Under the pieces are notes generated by a model, which was not told the DNA's origin, ran no database searches, and saw only the letters and a list, made by a program, of their open reading frames with translations. Made by a program: the position numbers and the translations under genes. Shown piece by piece: positions 1 through 9,947 of a DNA stretch of 64,000 bases. Position 1 is the first letter of the stretch; every line of letters starts with the position of its first letter. This DNA is from Microcoleus sp. (lineage in GTDB: Bacteria > Cyanobacteriota > Cyanobacteriia > Cyanobacteriales > Microcoleaceae): positions 32,001 to 96,000 of the forward strand of contig JAYFMW010000017.1 of the NCBI GenBank assembly GCA_042408215.1, read 5' to 3'.

Positions 1-184
1 TGATGTGATTGAGTACAGAAACGCCATAGGTTCTTTCCATTGCCCGTACTTCAAAGGAAGAGATCCCATCCACCAACAAGCAAATAGGAACATCCTCCAT
101 AAAATACCTAATGCTGGCACAAACTCCTTCGGCAAAATTGTAATCCTGATTACAACAGCCAACTATGACACCAAAGTCTTTCAT
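1..184 (-). CDS. Partial CDS (runs off window start), probable glycosyltransferase-like protein of a polysaccharide cluster
   Basis: Manual translation from ATG at 184 gives MKDFGVIVGCCNQDYNFAEGVCASIRYFMEDVPICLLVDG..., open to the window edge; divergent from a WecB/TagA gene. Confidence 0.65.
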   Translation of the reverse strand, partial: MKDFGVIVGCCNQDYNFAEGVCASIRYFMEDVPICLLVDGISSFEVRAMERTYGVSVLNHI

Positions 185-520
185 AATTCATTTTTCTGCA
201 AGTCATTTAGCCTCTGATTATAGCACAAAAGTAGAAATGTAAATAAAATCAGACTGAACAGATCTCAAAAAACAGGAATAATGCTATTGTTAGATAATAA
301 ATGTAAACTCCAGCAATTTTGTTTCTCTAGGCAGATTAAAATAGAAGCCAAAGGATGAAAGTCAACTCTAGTATGTTGTCTAGCGAACGCTAGCAGATCG
401 CAAGCTCGCTTTCGTAGCTAAATTGCTAGAAATCTACGATCATTACAAGAGTTTCAGATTATACTGTCATCAGAGTCGCAGAAGATAGCTAGATTTTAAG
501 TCCGTAGGACAGGTGGCGTA

Positions 521-1327
521 ATGATAGATCAAGGAAAGAAAAACATCATTGGCGTTTTGGTCAATTCACTAGACTATGAAGCGGCTGTGAATAAAATTAT
601 TACAGCAGCACACCAACAACAACCATGCTCTGTTTCGGCTTTAGCTGTTCACGGGGTAATGACTGGAGTGCTTGACAGCACTCACCGCTATCGTCTCAAT
701 CACATTGACTTAGTATTGCCAGATGGACAACCAGTCAGGTGGGCAATGAATTTGCTCTACAATACGGGATTGCCCGATCGCGTTTGCGGGCCGGCTGCGA
801 TGTTAGATATCTGCGAACGCGCGGCCGAAGAAGGGTTGTCTATCTATTTGTACGGTTCTCAAGCTTCTGTACTAGAGGTTTTATCTCAAAATCTTTGCAA
901 GCGTTTTCCCAAGTTAATTATTGCAGGGACTCAGCCTTCTAAATTTAGGCTGGTTTCCCCGAAAGAGAAACAGGAAATTGCCCAGGAAATTCGCAATAGT
1001 GGTGCGGCAATTACTTTTGTTGGTTTGGGGTGTCCGCGACAAGAAGTCTGGGCTTATGAATACCGGGACGATTTATCAATGCCGCTGATTGCTGTAGGTG
1101 CTGCCTATGATTTTCATGCGGGTAATTTGGCGAAATCTCCTGAGTTTTTATCGAGAATAGGTTTGGAATGGCTGTTTCGACTGATCGTGGAACCAGGGCG
1201 TCTTTGGCAGCGCTATGTGTTGTTGAATCCACTTTATATCTGGCTGTTTTTGCTACAAGCTTTGAAATTAAAACAGTTCGATCCTAAAGACGCCACGGCA
1301 CCTAGGGAAGAAGTGCTGTACGGTTGA
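521..1327 (+). CDS. WecB/TagA/CpsF family glycosyltransferase
   Basis: Motifs LPDGQPV, FVGLGCPRQE, VGAAYDF, GLEWLFRL..EP.RLW.RY. Confidence 0.95.
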   Translation: MIDQGKKNIIGVLVNSLDYEAAVNKIITAAHQQQPCSVSALAVHGVMTGVLDSTHRYRLNHIDLVLPDGQPVRWAMNLLYNTGLPDRVCGPAAMLDICERAAEEGLSIYLYGSQASVLEVLSQNLCKRFPKLIIAGTQPSKFRLVSPKEKQEIAQEIRNSGAAITFVGLGCPRQEVWAYEYRDDLSMPLIAVGAAYDFHAGNLAKSPEFLSRIGLEWLFRLIVEPGRLWQRYVLLNPLYIWLFLLQALKLKQFDPKDATAPREEVLYG

Positions 1328-1494
1328 AATTTCAAGATTGCTTGTGAATTATGGGTGCTCACAAGTAAAAAGTAAAAAAGCAACAAGTACAGAGCATCAC
1401 TAATTGTTTAGACTGGGAACTGGGAAAGTTTGAGTTGGTCCATCGATAATTAAGGGCTTGTTTTCTGTGAATTCAATTTGCCTGATTATCTAGA

Positions 1495-1791
1495 TTACTG
1501 AGGAACTGTCAACCGTCCTTGTTGGAGCGTTTGGATTACTTGAGTTCGACAGCCATTACAGTCGCAGCCTAAAGTCAGGGTAGCAAGGTTTACGATTTTT
1601 TAAGAATTCATTTATGGCAGCGACGATTGGCTCTCATCTTGAGTTATTCCTGCATTGACTGCGATTTGGCTAGTCTGTTTAATGCCTGCATCTTGGGAGG
1701 GTTTTGTGCTAGCATTAGCGGGATTGACGCTAAGTAGAATCTAGGCTAAAGAGCCAGATGTGCCTAGTAAAGTCAGTAGGTTTTTGTTCAT
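1495..1791 (-). pseudogene. Pseudogene of a small secreted protein with C-terminal GCDCxGC motif
   Basis: One frame reads MNKNLLTLLGTSGSLA*ILLSVNPANAS...LP*MNS*KIVNLATLTLGCDCNGCRTQVIQTLQQGRLTVPQ*; signal peptide ending ANA; three in-frame stops. Confidence 0.65.
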
Positions 1792-2602
1792 AGTTAACCT
1801 GAAAATAGACGACATAAATTTTAGTTTAACAGAGCCAGCAATTTATTTTTACAGATTGCATGAAAGGTTAATGTTTATTTGATAGTGCTGATTTTTATTG
1901 GTAGTTTAATGTGATGTTCGTGTTAAAGTTAAAGATATATGAACCCATAGACCGCGCTGCTATATCATTGATTTTTTGGCTGAGTTTGGCGATCGGGTTA
2001 TATCAATTCCGGTTGCACTCTTGGAGATGATTGTTGACGGTTGACGGTTGACGGTTGATTAACTGTTAACTCAAATTTACTATTCCGATGAAGAGAGGAT
2101 TTGATATTATTGGTCATAGGGGGCGATCGCCATGTACCAAAAATCAGAGATTTTAGCTGGCAAAACAAAGTTGTATGGGCGAGAGATACTGCTTTTATCA
2201 TAACTGTTAGTCGTCCAATGGATCGGGCAAGCGTAGAGTAAAATTTGCGAATAGAACCTGCACTGCCAGGAAAAATTAGTTGGTCGGGGCGACGGCTGGT
2301 ATATACTCTAATAGCTGCGTCACTGTACTTACCACCATATTCTCGCCTACCTCAAATTGATTGAGCGTGAAGAGTCTTGGTTAAAGAGTCGAATCCGCAA
2401 ACAACTGGAACAGTTTGATTGTTTGCGAAATGCGAGCAAGTATGTCTTACGCAGGCGCGTCATAACCGCCTGGGCGGTTGCTATACATAAAGCAGGCATC
2501 TTGCCTGTATGCACTCCTGTAATACATAAATTATAAAATTAATATCTTCGCCTAAAATTAGGGAAGGTATTAATTTTATAACCTATTCAACTGGAGAGCT
2601 TA

Positions 2603-3274
2603 CTATGCAGCTTTTTGGGCGCGTCTTTGCTTGATTTTAGCAAACAAGCCTAAAGCTAAGACCGATCCTAACATGGTTGTAGGTTCAGGTACAGGTTCAG
2701 CAACGTAAGAATCACTTGCGCCATTTGGCAACGCTTGGACGTGCAAACCTAATCTTAAAGAACCATTATTCAGAGCGCTAACTACGCTATTATAATTACC
2801 ATTAAAGGCAATTCCTAAAGATTCCCCACCTTGAACACCCCATTTGTTTCCACCACCATTGTTGCTGCTAGCAGAAAAATCTGTCGAGAAAGAAGTAGCA
2901 AGATTAGCAGCTTGAGGTAGATTGCCGGGGCTGCTATCTTTAGTAAACCCAACCGTACCACTGTTACCACTATTAGTTATCAGATTCGATAGCAAATTGG
3001 CGTTAGAACCTGTGTCAAAGAAAACTCTGCTGATAAACATACTAGAGGCTGCTGCATTGCCAGAGTTAAATATGTTAAACAAAACTGAATTGGCCTCACC
3101 AGCAGTTACATTAAACCCAAAGCTACTTTGATAGGCATCTCCAACTGTATCCCCGCCCGCAATATTACCAAAGCTAAAATCGGCGGCGGTGGCGGAATTG
3201 GCACTCATTGTGGCGATCGCAACTACACTACTAGCCACTAAGATAGATTTAATTAAGGATAATTTGGCTTTCAT
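2603..3274 (-). CDS. PEP-CTERM sorting domain-containing secreted protein
   Basis: N-terminal signal peptide, Ser/Asn/Gly-rich body, C-terminal VPEP + TM helix + basic tail (KIKQRR). Confidence 0.93.
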   Translation of the reverse strand: MKAKLSLIKSILVASSVVAIATMSANSATAADFSFGNIAGGDTVGDAYQSSFGFNVTAGEANSVLFNIFNSGNAAASSMFISRVFFDTGSNANLLSNLITNSGNSGTVGFTKDSSPGNLPQAANLATSFSTDFSASSNNGGGNKWGVQGGESLGIAFNGNYNSVVSALNNGSLRLGLHVQALPNGASDSYVAEPVPEPTTMLGSVLALGLFAKIKQRRAQKAA

Positions 3275-3942
3275 ATTCAGCCCCTAGGAATTTTGTGTTT
3301 GTTTCTATTGACATCAGGAACGATCTATTGACCAATCGCCTGAACTCGATAGCTGCATTAATTGGACTTTTTTTCTTTCCTGTTTTTATTATAAGAGGGG
3401 ATCGATTGAATATTTATAAATCTTTGGTAAACAATTGACCATTTTGTGTAAAGGTTCTGTAAAGTTTGATACAAATACCCAGTGGCTACTAGGACATAGA
3501 GCCTTGTGTGCAGGCTCTAGGGGTGCCGTATTAACTGCCACGCCAGCCAAAGCCTTCAGTTTGTCCGCAGCTCCTCAGTTCGATAGTACCAATGGGATCG
3601 GCACTGGTGCTGGGGATGGGGTTAGCAAGTTTAGTAACAGCCCGCCACAAGCAGGCTCAAAAGACGATCGCCTAAATTTTCTCAGGGGCGATCGCTTGTA
3701 TAGGAAAAAAAACCCGCCCCGATTCCTCAAAATTAAGGTTAATTACCAAAAAGAGCCAGAGATGCGATCGCGCCTCTAGCTCTTTTGTTGGCTGATGGGC
3801 TATCTGAAGAATTACCCGGAGTCAGGAGGAGGAAGTAAAATGCAATACAAACAATGGTTTCAGCAATTAAAAACGTCCTAATCCTCTGGGCGGTTGCTAG
3901 ATAAATTGTCAGTTTTACCCCATAAATCCTCAGCTTTACTGC

Positions 3943-4290
3943 TTGTTAACTAGGCGGAAGCCAGGGAAAAATTTTTCCGAGAAACTCACCTTTGAAGCAA
4001 TAGATTTGAAGACATTTCAAGTAAAACGGCTGTTATTTTTACCCGCTCAAATTGAAAGAAAAATGAGTTTTTCCCCCGATGGTTTAGAGTTGCTGTTGGA
4101 TCGGGTAGTTGCCCAGAAAACGGCACCAGTCAAAGGAGACTTGAGAACCGATTTGAGAACCAATGGAGGAAGTGCGATCGCCGAGTCGAGTTGGATGCTA
4201 TTAAGTTTGAAAAAAACATCTAAATCTCATGGCGATCCATCACCTCAACCGCCTTTACAAGGCTTCCGACCTCAGTGGCTACCTGAATAA
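3943..4290 (+). pseudogene. C-terminal fragment resembling a cyanobacterial Ig-like/TolB-like beta-propeller protein
   Basis: AIDLKT..VK.LL...MSFSPDGLELLLDRVV...SSWMLL...GFRPQWLP resembles a recalled family C-terminus; no N-terminal part upstream. Confidence 0.4.
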
Positions 4291-4339
4291 AACTTGTTGA
4301 TCTCAATCATAGGCAGCAGGATGCTTAAGGAAGTTGGCA

Positions 4340-5587
4340 TTACGCAAAAATCGGATTTGTATCATCGGATAATTGACTTGCGGTGGCTTGATTAGCCTGC
4401 CTTGAGTGGGCAATAACCTGCTGCATATGTTCTACGCGAGCTTTAAAAGTGTTTTCAAAAGTGTGCTGTTGAGCAAACTTCAGCGACTTGAACGACATCG
4501 ATTTAATTGCTTCCCGGTTGTTGCTGAGCTCTGCAATTTTCTTCGCCATCAGTTTAGGTTGATTCATTGGCACAACCCATCCTGTTTCGGACATTGCTGA
4601 AATTCCCTCGAATGCTTCGTTAGCATAGCCAACAATCGGCACGCCACAAGACATAGTTTCTATGTAAGTACAGGAAGGATCGCCCTGGCGGTGACAGCAA
4701 ACAAACAAATCAATATTCTGCTTGACGAATGGGAAAAACTCTGTCTTAAAGTCTGGTACGCCGAGCATTTTCACGCAGTTCTGAAGTTGATTAGCTGCTA
4801 TTGTCTCGTGCATCGTCTTTTCTAAATCGCCGGCACCGCTGATGAACATTTCAAAGTTTACTTTCATTTGCTTCAGTTCTTGAGCAACTGAAAGTAAATG
4901 ATCGGCTCCTTTCATTTTAATCAGACGACCTGAGAACAACAACCGCAGAGGCTGATCTGGCGTGCTGTTTTCTGTCCGCCTTTCAATGTCAGCTTCTGTG
5001 GCTAACATATCCTCGCTAATCCGCGTGTCTAAGAAAAATAGTGGATTGCGATTGAGACCCTTGTAGGCTTCGTAGGTAGGAGTGCCGTTGCACTGCAATC
5101 CATCTGCCATTGCGATCGCCTTGCGCTGCTTGATTTCCTGATTCTGCTCCCAGAGCATTTTCCGCAGGCGTATAATCGGATTGCTCGCACTCACAGTGGC
5201 AATTTGTTGGCGAGTTTTCAAAGTGTATTCAGAAACATAGATACAAGGCACTCCAGCTAAACGACAGACTTGAGCGATCTGGTTTTGTCGGTATCCCAGC
5301 ACTGCCAATACTAGGGAAGTTTTGTGCTTTTGCAGTAGAGCAGGCGTGATTTGATCGAAAGAAATTACTTCTAAGTTGAAAGGCAATTCATGAAGATTGA
5401 AGATTTTTTGATCGATATTGCCGTTGTCGAATTTGGATTCTTCCATCATCACAGTGATGGAGCGATACCGATAATTATTGAACTCTTCTACCGCTTCTAT
5501 TAACTTGCGAGTGAGTAAAACTTGGCCGTTTGGCAATAGCTTCGCTTGTAGAGGTTGTAGGATTGTCAGGTTGCTGTTAGTAGGCAT
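4340..5587 (-). CDS. Glycosyltransferase family 4 (GT-B)
   Basis: LLFSGRLIKMKG, YIETMSCGVPIV motifs. Confidence 0.9.
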   Translation of the reverse strand: MPTNSNLTILQPLQAKLLPNGQVLLTRKLIEAVEEFNNYRYRSITVMMEESKFDNGNIDQKIFNLHELPFNLEVISFDQITPALLQKHKTSLVLAVLGYRQNQIAQVCRLAGVPCIYVSEYTLKTRQQIATVSASNPIIRLRKMLWEQNQEIKQRKAIAMADGLQCNGTPTYEAYKGLNRNPLFFLDTRISEDMLATEADIERRTENSTPDQPLRLLFSGRLIKMKGADHLLSVAQELKQMKVNFEMFISGAGDLEKTMHETIAANQLQNCVKMLGVPDFKTEFFPFVKQNIDLFVCCHRQGDPSCTYIETMSCGVPIVGYANEAFEGISAMSETGWVVPMNQPKLMAKKIAELSNNREAIKSMSFKSLKFAQQHTFENTFKARVEHMQQVIAHSRQANQATASQLSDDTNPIFA

Positions 5588-6181
5588 ATGCTATATATTC
5601 CTTGGTTTGAAGTTTTTACTGTTGATGTGGTAGTGAATCGTTGGCGTAATTGAAAACGAATGTCGATCGCCATAACAGACATCGACAAAATTTAGGTTTC
5701 CACGCCTGATACGACAAGCGTTTCAGACGCTGTTTCGGAGATCTTTAATATTATAAAATGGATACAGGAACTGGATTTGAGCTTTAAACTTTTATACCAT
5801 ACCTGTTTGATATATCGCAATCATCTTGCAATCTACGTATAAATGTCAATCAGCTTTTTCGAGCTTTACTGATTCTTTACAATTGATCGGTCAATTATAA
5901 ACATTAGCGCAATTTTAGGGTGAATTTGGTTAAAATCAACTGTTTTATAAGTATTTATATTTAAGTAAAATCCTCAAGCTGCTTCGAGCTAGCTCGAATA
6001 GCAAGAGCGATCGCGATTTCCGAATACGGCGAGACAAATGCTTTAAACCATAAGATTTATGACAAAGTTAGTGAAATTTTACCTAAATATATATCTTGTA
6101 ACATAGCCATCATATTTCTTCACAATTAACAATGGGAACGGGAAGGAATAAAAAAAAGAAATTTTACCCCTTCTCGATTCG

Positions 6182-7141
6182 CTAATGGGAAGCCTTGATG
6201 CTGAACTTTTCTTTAATCAACCGGATATAAAAGTGCTTGAAGGCCGACTTAATGACGCGGGGCATACCAAAGTCGATCGGCATCATATTTTCCGGCAATT
6301 TCCAATCCAAAATTTTCACATCTTCCGGCTGCAAAAGCGGAAAATCAATAGCCTCTAAATTCGAGCAAAGTCCCAACTTCATCGCCGCAGCTACAGTCGG
6401 AACACTAGCCGGATTAGCATTAATAATTTCAACTACCGTTCTATCCAAAGCAAACACATCACTCGACGCGCCCAAAATTCCCAAAAACTTAGGTTCGCCG
6501 CCGCTTGGGCCGTTACCTTCATGACCAATAATTCCATCCAAAATAGTCAAATTTGGGTTAATTGTGCGTGCAGTTTCTACCAGCATTTGACCAAATCTGG
6601 CGCTATCTTTGCCAGCTTCCATATGCCACCAAGCCTTCATTTTGCCGGGAACACAGCCAAACAAATTTTTGACGCCCATTGTCACGGTTAATTGGACGTG
6701 AGATTTCAATTTTGGCAAATTAATTACGACATCTGCTTCCATTGCTTCCTTGCAAAGTCGGAGATGATTAAAGTCTTTGCTGACAGTTTCATAACGTTTT
6801 CCCTGAAATTCTACTACTGGCAAATTCAGTTCTTCTAGCAGCGGCAAGTACCCGTTGGCTTTGGCTACGCCCATTGCACTACCAAAGGCCGGACTATCGC
6901 CTAAAAACGGTTTTCCTCCTGCTTCGATCACCATTTTCGCCACACAGTAAACCAATTCTGGGCGGGTGACGCATTCTTTGGTAGGGCGAGAACCTGTGAG
7001 GAGATTGGGTTTGAGAAGAACGCGATCGCCCTTTTTCACAAAAGCTGAAATTCCGCCAAGAGGTGCCAGTAAACTTTCTAAAGATGCTTGTAAGATTTGG
7101 CGATCGTATGAATTGGCACGAATTAAACTAACAGCAGCCAT
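6182..7141 (-). CDS. DUF362 domain-containing protein
   Basis: [38 protein letters not shown]. Confidence 0.9.
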   Translation of the reverse strand: MAAVSLIRANSYDRQILQASLESLLAPLGGISAFVKKGDRVLLKPNLLTGSRPTKECVTRPELVYCVAKMVIEAGGKPFLGDSPAFGSAMGVAKANGYLPLLEELNLPVVEFQGKRYETVSKDFNHLRLCKEAMEADVVINLPKLKSHVQLTVTMGVKNLFGCVPGKMKAWWHMEAGKDSARFGQMLVETARTINPNLTILDGIIGHEGNGPSGGEPKFLGILGASSDVFALDRTVVEIINANPASVPTVAAAMKLGLCSNLEAIDFPLLQPEDVKILDWKLPENMMPIDFGMPRVIKSAFKHFYIRLIKEKFSIKASH

Positions 7142-7143
7142 AG

Positions 7144-7330
7144 TGGGAATGGGGAATGGGGAATGGGGAATGGGGAATGGGGAATGGGGAATGGGGAATT
7201 GGGAATGGGGAATGGGGAATGGGGAATGGGGAATTGGGAATGGGGAATTGGGAATTGGGAATGGGGAATGGGGAATTTGGAATGGGGAATTGGGAATTGG
7301 TAATGGGGAATTGATAATGGGGAATTGCTA
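7144..7330. repeat. STRR-type heptamer tandem array (GGGAATG/GGGAATT)
   Basis: More than 20 tandem 7-nt units visible. Confidence 0.97.
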
Positions 7331-7417
7331 TTAGTGATTGGATATTGGCTATGGGTTATGGGTTATTAGTTATGAGGAGAAGGAATAATTATATAGCAGT
7401 TCTCAATCTTGGTGAGG

Positions 7418-7453
7418 TATGCCCTATGCCCTATGCCCTATGCCCTATGCCCT
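7418..7453. repeat. Short heptamer tandem repeat (ATGCCCT)
   Basis: About five tandem copies. Confidence 0.85.
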
Positions 7454-7529
7454 AGATCCGAGAACACCGCACTGTTACTGAGAAAGGCTATATATTCCCC
7501 ATGCCCAATTCCCCATGCCCCATGCCCTC

Positions 7530-7856
7530 TTATGTATCCATCGGTAATCTACCAGAAGCAGCCCGCTGCATGGTACTAACTCGCTGGGAGTTAGGGAATA
7601 TTCCTTGACCTTGAAGTTCAGGAATCGGCGGTTTGACTTCGACTTTTACCAATCTGGCGGTACAGATAAAAACGGTTTGATCGTTTAAATGAAAAGTCAA
7701 CCAAGGTTGGTTTAACAAATTCAGCACTAGCTCTTGAAACTCTCGTGCAGGCATCGGAAGAGTAAACGTTTCTGTGTGACCTTCCACATAATGAAATGTC
7801 ACTTGTGTTGTATTCTCTCTATCTGGAGTTATTTTTCCAAAAGAACCCGCGCGCAT
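7530..7856 (-). CDS. Hypothetical protein (about 108 aa)
   Basis: Protein-like C-terminal part of ORF 7530..8042; the upstream extension crosses palindromic repeats, so the start is moved to ATG 7856. Confidence 0.65.
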   Translation of the reverse strand: MRAGSFGKITPDRENTTQVTFHYVEGHTETFTLPMPAREFQELVLNLLNQPWLTFHLNDQTVFICTARLVKVEVKPPIPELQGQGIFPNSQRVSTMQRAASGRLPMDT

Positions 7857-8081
7857 AAATGTTGCTCCTAAAATTGAGACTATCAAAGAATAACGTAAGA
7901 CGCGATATCTGTTAGATACCCGACTTCTTAAAGAAGTCGGGTATCTGCGTATTCTGTTTTTTAAGTTGAACTTGCAGTTTGAGACGCACTCAACCCAAAA
8001 AACCCGGTTTCTCGTTTTCATCCTCAATCTAAAATGACGCAATTAGGTTAAGAAACCGGGTTGAGTGTGTCCAGGACTAGC

Positions 8082-9503
8082 TTACTTAGCAGAAGATGTC
8101 GGCATCTGACTCATTTTCTCTAAATCGAGAACTTTTGCCAAGTCTTCTGCACTCATTAAACCACGTTCTAGCACAATTTGCCGCAAAGATTTGCCAGTGT
8201 CTAGGGATTCTTTAGCGACGGCGGCGGCGTTGAGATAACCGATGTGGGTGTTGAGGGCGGTAACGAGGGCGAGACTACCTTCAGCATAAGCGAGACATCG
8301 ATCGCCCTTAGCTTCAATTTTTTCGAGGCATTTTGTGGTAATGGCGCTAATCGTATTGCCCAAAATTTCGATGCTGTGAATCAGATTGTAGGCGATGAGG
8401 GGCATCATCACGTTCAATTCTAATTGTCCCGCTTGGGCGGCCAGGGCGATCGCACTATCATAACCCATAACTTGAAAACAAACCATCGAGGTCATTTCCG
8501 CCATCACAGGATTGTATTTTCCCGGCATAATTGACGAACCAGGTTGCACAGGAGGCAGTTGAATTTCTTTCAAACCCGTTTTCGGCCCAGAGTCCATCAA
8601 ACGCAAGTCATGGGACATTTTAACGCAATCCTGAGCGAGATTTCGCAGTGCGCCAGACACATTTACAAACGGTGCCATACTCTGCATAGCAGCCATTAAA
8701 TGCCTTGCTGGTTTCAGGGGTTGATCGATTAATTCCGAGAGAATTTCAGCAACTTTTTGACAATATTCAGGGTGAGTATTTAAGCCTGTTCCTGCCGCAC
8801 TTCCCCCCAATCCCAGGGATGTCAAATCATCGGATGCCCTGTCAATTCTCAAGGTATGTTCTCGGAGAATTTGTGCCCAAGCGCCGAAGGTATCGCCGAG
8901 TCGAACCGGCACAGCATCTTGCATATGAGTGCGGCCGGATTTAACAATATCTTTGAATTCTTCGGCTTTGTTTTCAAGGGCGACTACGGCATCCGACAAA
9001 GCCGGAAAAAGAGTTGTTTCTAAGGCCAACAATCCGCCGATGCGAATCGCAGTCGGAATCACATCATTGGTCGATTGACCGTAGTTTACATGATCGTTAG
9101 GACTAACGCGCTTGTAGTTGCCTTTTTCATCGCCCATAATTTCCAAAGCGCGATTAGAAAGAACTTCATTAACGTTCATGTGGTGAGAAGTTCCGGCCCC
9201 GGCTTGGTAGACATCTACCACAAATTGATCGCGCAATTTTCCGGCTAGGATTTCGTCGGCGGCTTGGACAATGGCTTGACTGATATCTTGGGGAATGCAG
9301 CCGAGTTCACCATTGGCGATCGCCGTTGCTTTCTTAATGAAAACACAAGCATCAACATAAGTCGATAAAGGTTTAATCCCGCTGATTGGGAAATTTTCTA
9401 TAGCGCGCAGAGTTTGGATGCCGTAGTAGACATTAGATGGGATTTGTTTGTCTCCCATCGAGTCGCTTTCAGTGCGGTAGGTTGCGGTTGGCTGTTGAGT
9501 CAT
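8082..9503 (-). CDS. aspA: Aspartate ammonia-lyase (aspartase/fumarase class II superfamily)
   Basis: YYGIQTLRA.ENF, GRTHMQDAVP, GSSIMPGKYNPV signature. Confidence 0.85.
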   Translation of the reverse strand: MTQQPTATYRTESDSMGDKQIPSNVYYGIQTLRAIENFPISGIKPLSTYVDACVFIKKATAIANGELGCIPQDISQAIVQAADEILAGKLRDQFVVDVYQAGAGTSHHMNVNEVLSNRALEIMGDEKGNYKRVSPNDHVNYGQSTNDVIPTAIRIGGLLALETTLFPALSDAVVALENKAEEFKDIVKSGRTHMQDAVPVRLGDTFGAWAQILREHTLRIDRASDDLTSLGLGGSAAGTGLNTHPEYCQKVAEILSELIDQPLKPARHLMAAMQSMAPFVNVSGALRNLAQDCVKMSHDLRLMDSGPKTGLKEIQLPPVQPGSSIMPGKYNPVMAEMTSMVCFQVMGYDSAIALAAQAGQLELNVMMPLIAYNLIHSIEILGNTISAITTKCLEKIEAKGDRCLAYAEGSLALVTALNTHIGYLNAAAVAKESLDTGKSLRQIVLERGLMSAEDLAKVLDLEKMSQMPTSSAK

Positions 9504-9548
9504 TCGATTTTAGATTTTAGCTTTTAGATTTTAGATTATCGCACGTTT

Positions 9549-9716
9549 ATACCAATTTAATGGGTCGTTGCACAGATCTCGATCCCCCTAAATCCCCCTT
9601 AAGAAGGGGAGTAGGGGGTGACTTTGAGAAGAATCTTGTCCCCCCCTTATTAAGGGGGAGTAGGGGGCAAGCTAAGGGGGGATCAGATTCTATGCAGCCT
9701 CATAAAAAATTGGTAT
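9549..9716. mobile_element. MITE-like palindromic element (ATACCAATTT...AATTGGTAT shell, CCCCCTTAAGAAGGGG core)
   Basis: Terminal inverted repeats; related copies at about 21781-21922 and 56130-56281. Confidence 0.75.
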
Positions 9717-9732
9717 TAGAGGTAGTTTAATT

Positions 9733-9830
9733 AGTCCTGGACGCATAAATACCCAAGAAACCGGGTTTTTCACCAGTATTCAAGCGTCAAATACAGTATG
9801 TCCGTAAAAAACCCGGTTTCTGCGTCTAGG
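9733..9830. repeat. Palindromic repeat AGAAACCGGGTTTTT...AAAAACCCGGTTTCT
   Basis: Family also at about 7996-8062, 45426-45492, 62378-62442. Confidence 0.8.
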
Positions 9831-9947
9831 CTATCAATGCTGAAATTAAATCTAAAAAGCAACCAGTGCAGAATATCTGGCAACCATCCGAATTATACCT
9901 CCTAAGATCCTGCTACACTATTAACAACCATATCCTCACCCACATCT

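Noticed and set aside
5..217. Plus-strand 70-aa ORF
   Set aside because: Antisense to a more convincing minus-strand CDS starting at 184
1998..2400. Possible minus-strand gene remnant
   Set aside because: Protein-like stretches fall in different frames with no recognisable family
7144..7330. Possible CRISPR array
   Set aside because: Simple 7-nt tandem repeat with no unique spacers; no cas genes or repeat-spacer array seen anywhere in the window
6966..7334. ORF with MGNGEWG repeats (also ORFs at 27966-28397)
   Set aside because: Translations of heptamer STRR arrays, not real proteins
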